A program made the position numbers and the translations under genes. Source: Fimbriimonadales bacterium (GTDB taxonomy: Bacteria > Armatimonadota > Fimbriimonadia > Fimbriimonadales > Fimbriimonadaceae). From it: a stretch of 64,000 nt of DNA. The DNA is taken from NCBI GenBank assembly GCA_038216655.1, contig JBBQPZ010000011.1:42265-106264 (forward strand), in the 5' to 3' direction. Shown piece by piece: positions 63,473-64,000 of this stretch (positions are counted from its first letter, which is position 1; each line of letters starts with the position of its first letter). Under the pieces are notes generated by a model. The model made no database searches and was not told the DNA's origin. It saw only the letters and a list, made by a program, of their open reading frames with translations.

Positions 63473-64000
63473 TATTGGACGGCTCCTGTAGTGAGCTTTA
63501 GGAACACGTCCTCAAGGTTGGCTTCTTCTTCTCGGAACCCGATGACACGATGGCCCGCCATCACCAGGCTCGCCAAGAAGGCGGCCTGCGCTTCGTGGTC
63601 ACCCTCGAATTCCAGGCGAATTGTGAAGTCCCCAACCATCAGGGCGGCCTTTACGTGGGGTTGCTTTCCAACGAAGTCCAGCGCCGCGCCGATGCCATCG
63701 AGGAGGCGAATCTCGAGGGTGTGGGCGGCATGAATTCCGCGCACGACCTGGTCGACCGAGCCAAACGCAAGCAACTCACCCCGTTCGATAATGCCGACCG
63801 TGTTGCAGAAGTCGGCGAGTTCGGGGAGGATGTGCGACGAAACGATCACGATCTTTCCCATTCGGCCCAACTCCGCGATCAGCTCTTTCAGTTCGGCGCG
63901 AGCGCGGGGGTCGAGACCGCTTGCGGGCTCGTCGAGAAGGAGGAGCAGCGGGTCGTGGACCAGACAGCGTGCCAGGCAAAGGCGCTGCTGCATGCCTCGG
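63472..64000 (-). CDS. ABC transporter ATP-binding protein (N-terminus beyond the window)
   Basis: The visible part has 'QQRLCLARCLVHDPLLLLLDEPASGLDP' (after the signature, Walker B, D-loop) and 'SSHIL' (H-loop). It extends past 64000. Confidence 0.88.
   Translation of the reverse strand, partial: RGMQQRLCLARCLVHDPLLLLLDEPASGLDPRARAELKELIAELGRMGKIVIVSSHILPELADFCNTVGIIERGELLAFGSVDQVVRGIHAAHTLEIRLLDGIGAALDFVGKQPHVKAALMVGDFTIRLEFEGDHEAQAAFLASLVMAGHRVIGFREEEANLEDVFLKLTTGAVQ

Overview
About 64 kb of chromosomal DNA from a high-GC bacterium (roughly 60% GC by eye, not computed). It is densely coding and mostly housekeeping. Genes include serB (partial), a nitronate-monooxygenase-like gene, smc, two Gfo/Idh/MocA oxidoreductases, dusB, an rpoZ-dnaJ-prmA / rsmE cluster, an ECF sigma factor, an ABC-2 exporter, cvfB, msrA and fucI. 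Also present are a polysaccharide deacetylase, a creatininase-family gene, scpA-scpB-dacA-rluB, a GT4 glycosyltransferase, an MFS transporter, hsp20-lon, trxA, dnaG-rpoD and an inositol monophosphatase. At the right end there is a long, tightly coupled minus-strand operon: ABC ATPase, ABC-2 permease, coiled-coil membrane protein, MoxR, DUF58, BatA/VWA and a double-VWA protein. There are three tRNAs (Arg-CCG, Cys-GCA, Gly-GCC) and three secreted proteins ending in PEP-CTERM sorting signals, one of them a trypsin-like protease. Gene order (dnaJ-prmA-rsmE, scpA-scpB, dnaG-rpoD) together with the PEP-CTERM cargo suggests a Terrabacteria-type lineage such as Armatimonadota. This is inference only. 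I found no rRNA, CRISPR array, transposase, integrase, reverse transcriptase or recognisable defence or toxin gene. The unusual content lies mainly in the intergenic DNA and the accessory patches: (1) a ~1.6-kb low-GC islet bracketed by an exact 49-nt duplication of the tRNA-Arg 3' half, with no integrase; (2) several families of MITE-like palindromic repeats, including a perfect 41-nt inverted repeat and a 27-nt-TIR element; (3) arrays of 6-7-nt tandem word repeats at gene boundaries; (4) several strand-specific RNA-structure candidates: a terminator-bearing leader or sRNA before a small membrane protein, a four-segment alternative-pairing element next to tRNA-Gly, and a 22-nt inverted repeat between cvfB and the ABC operon; (5) the MoxR/VWA/ABC/coiled-coil operon, whose function is unknown. 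None of these can be tied to a defined new system from sequence alone.
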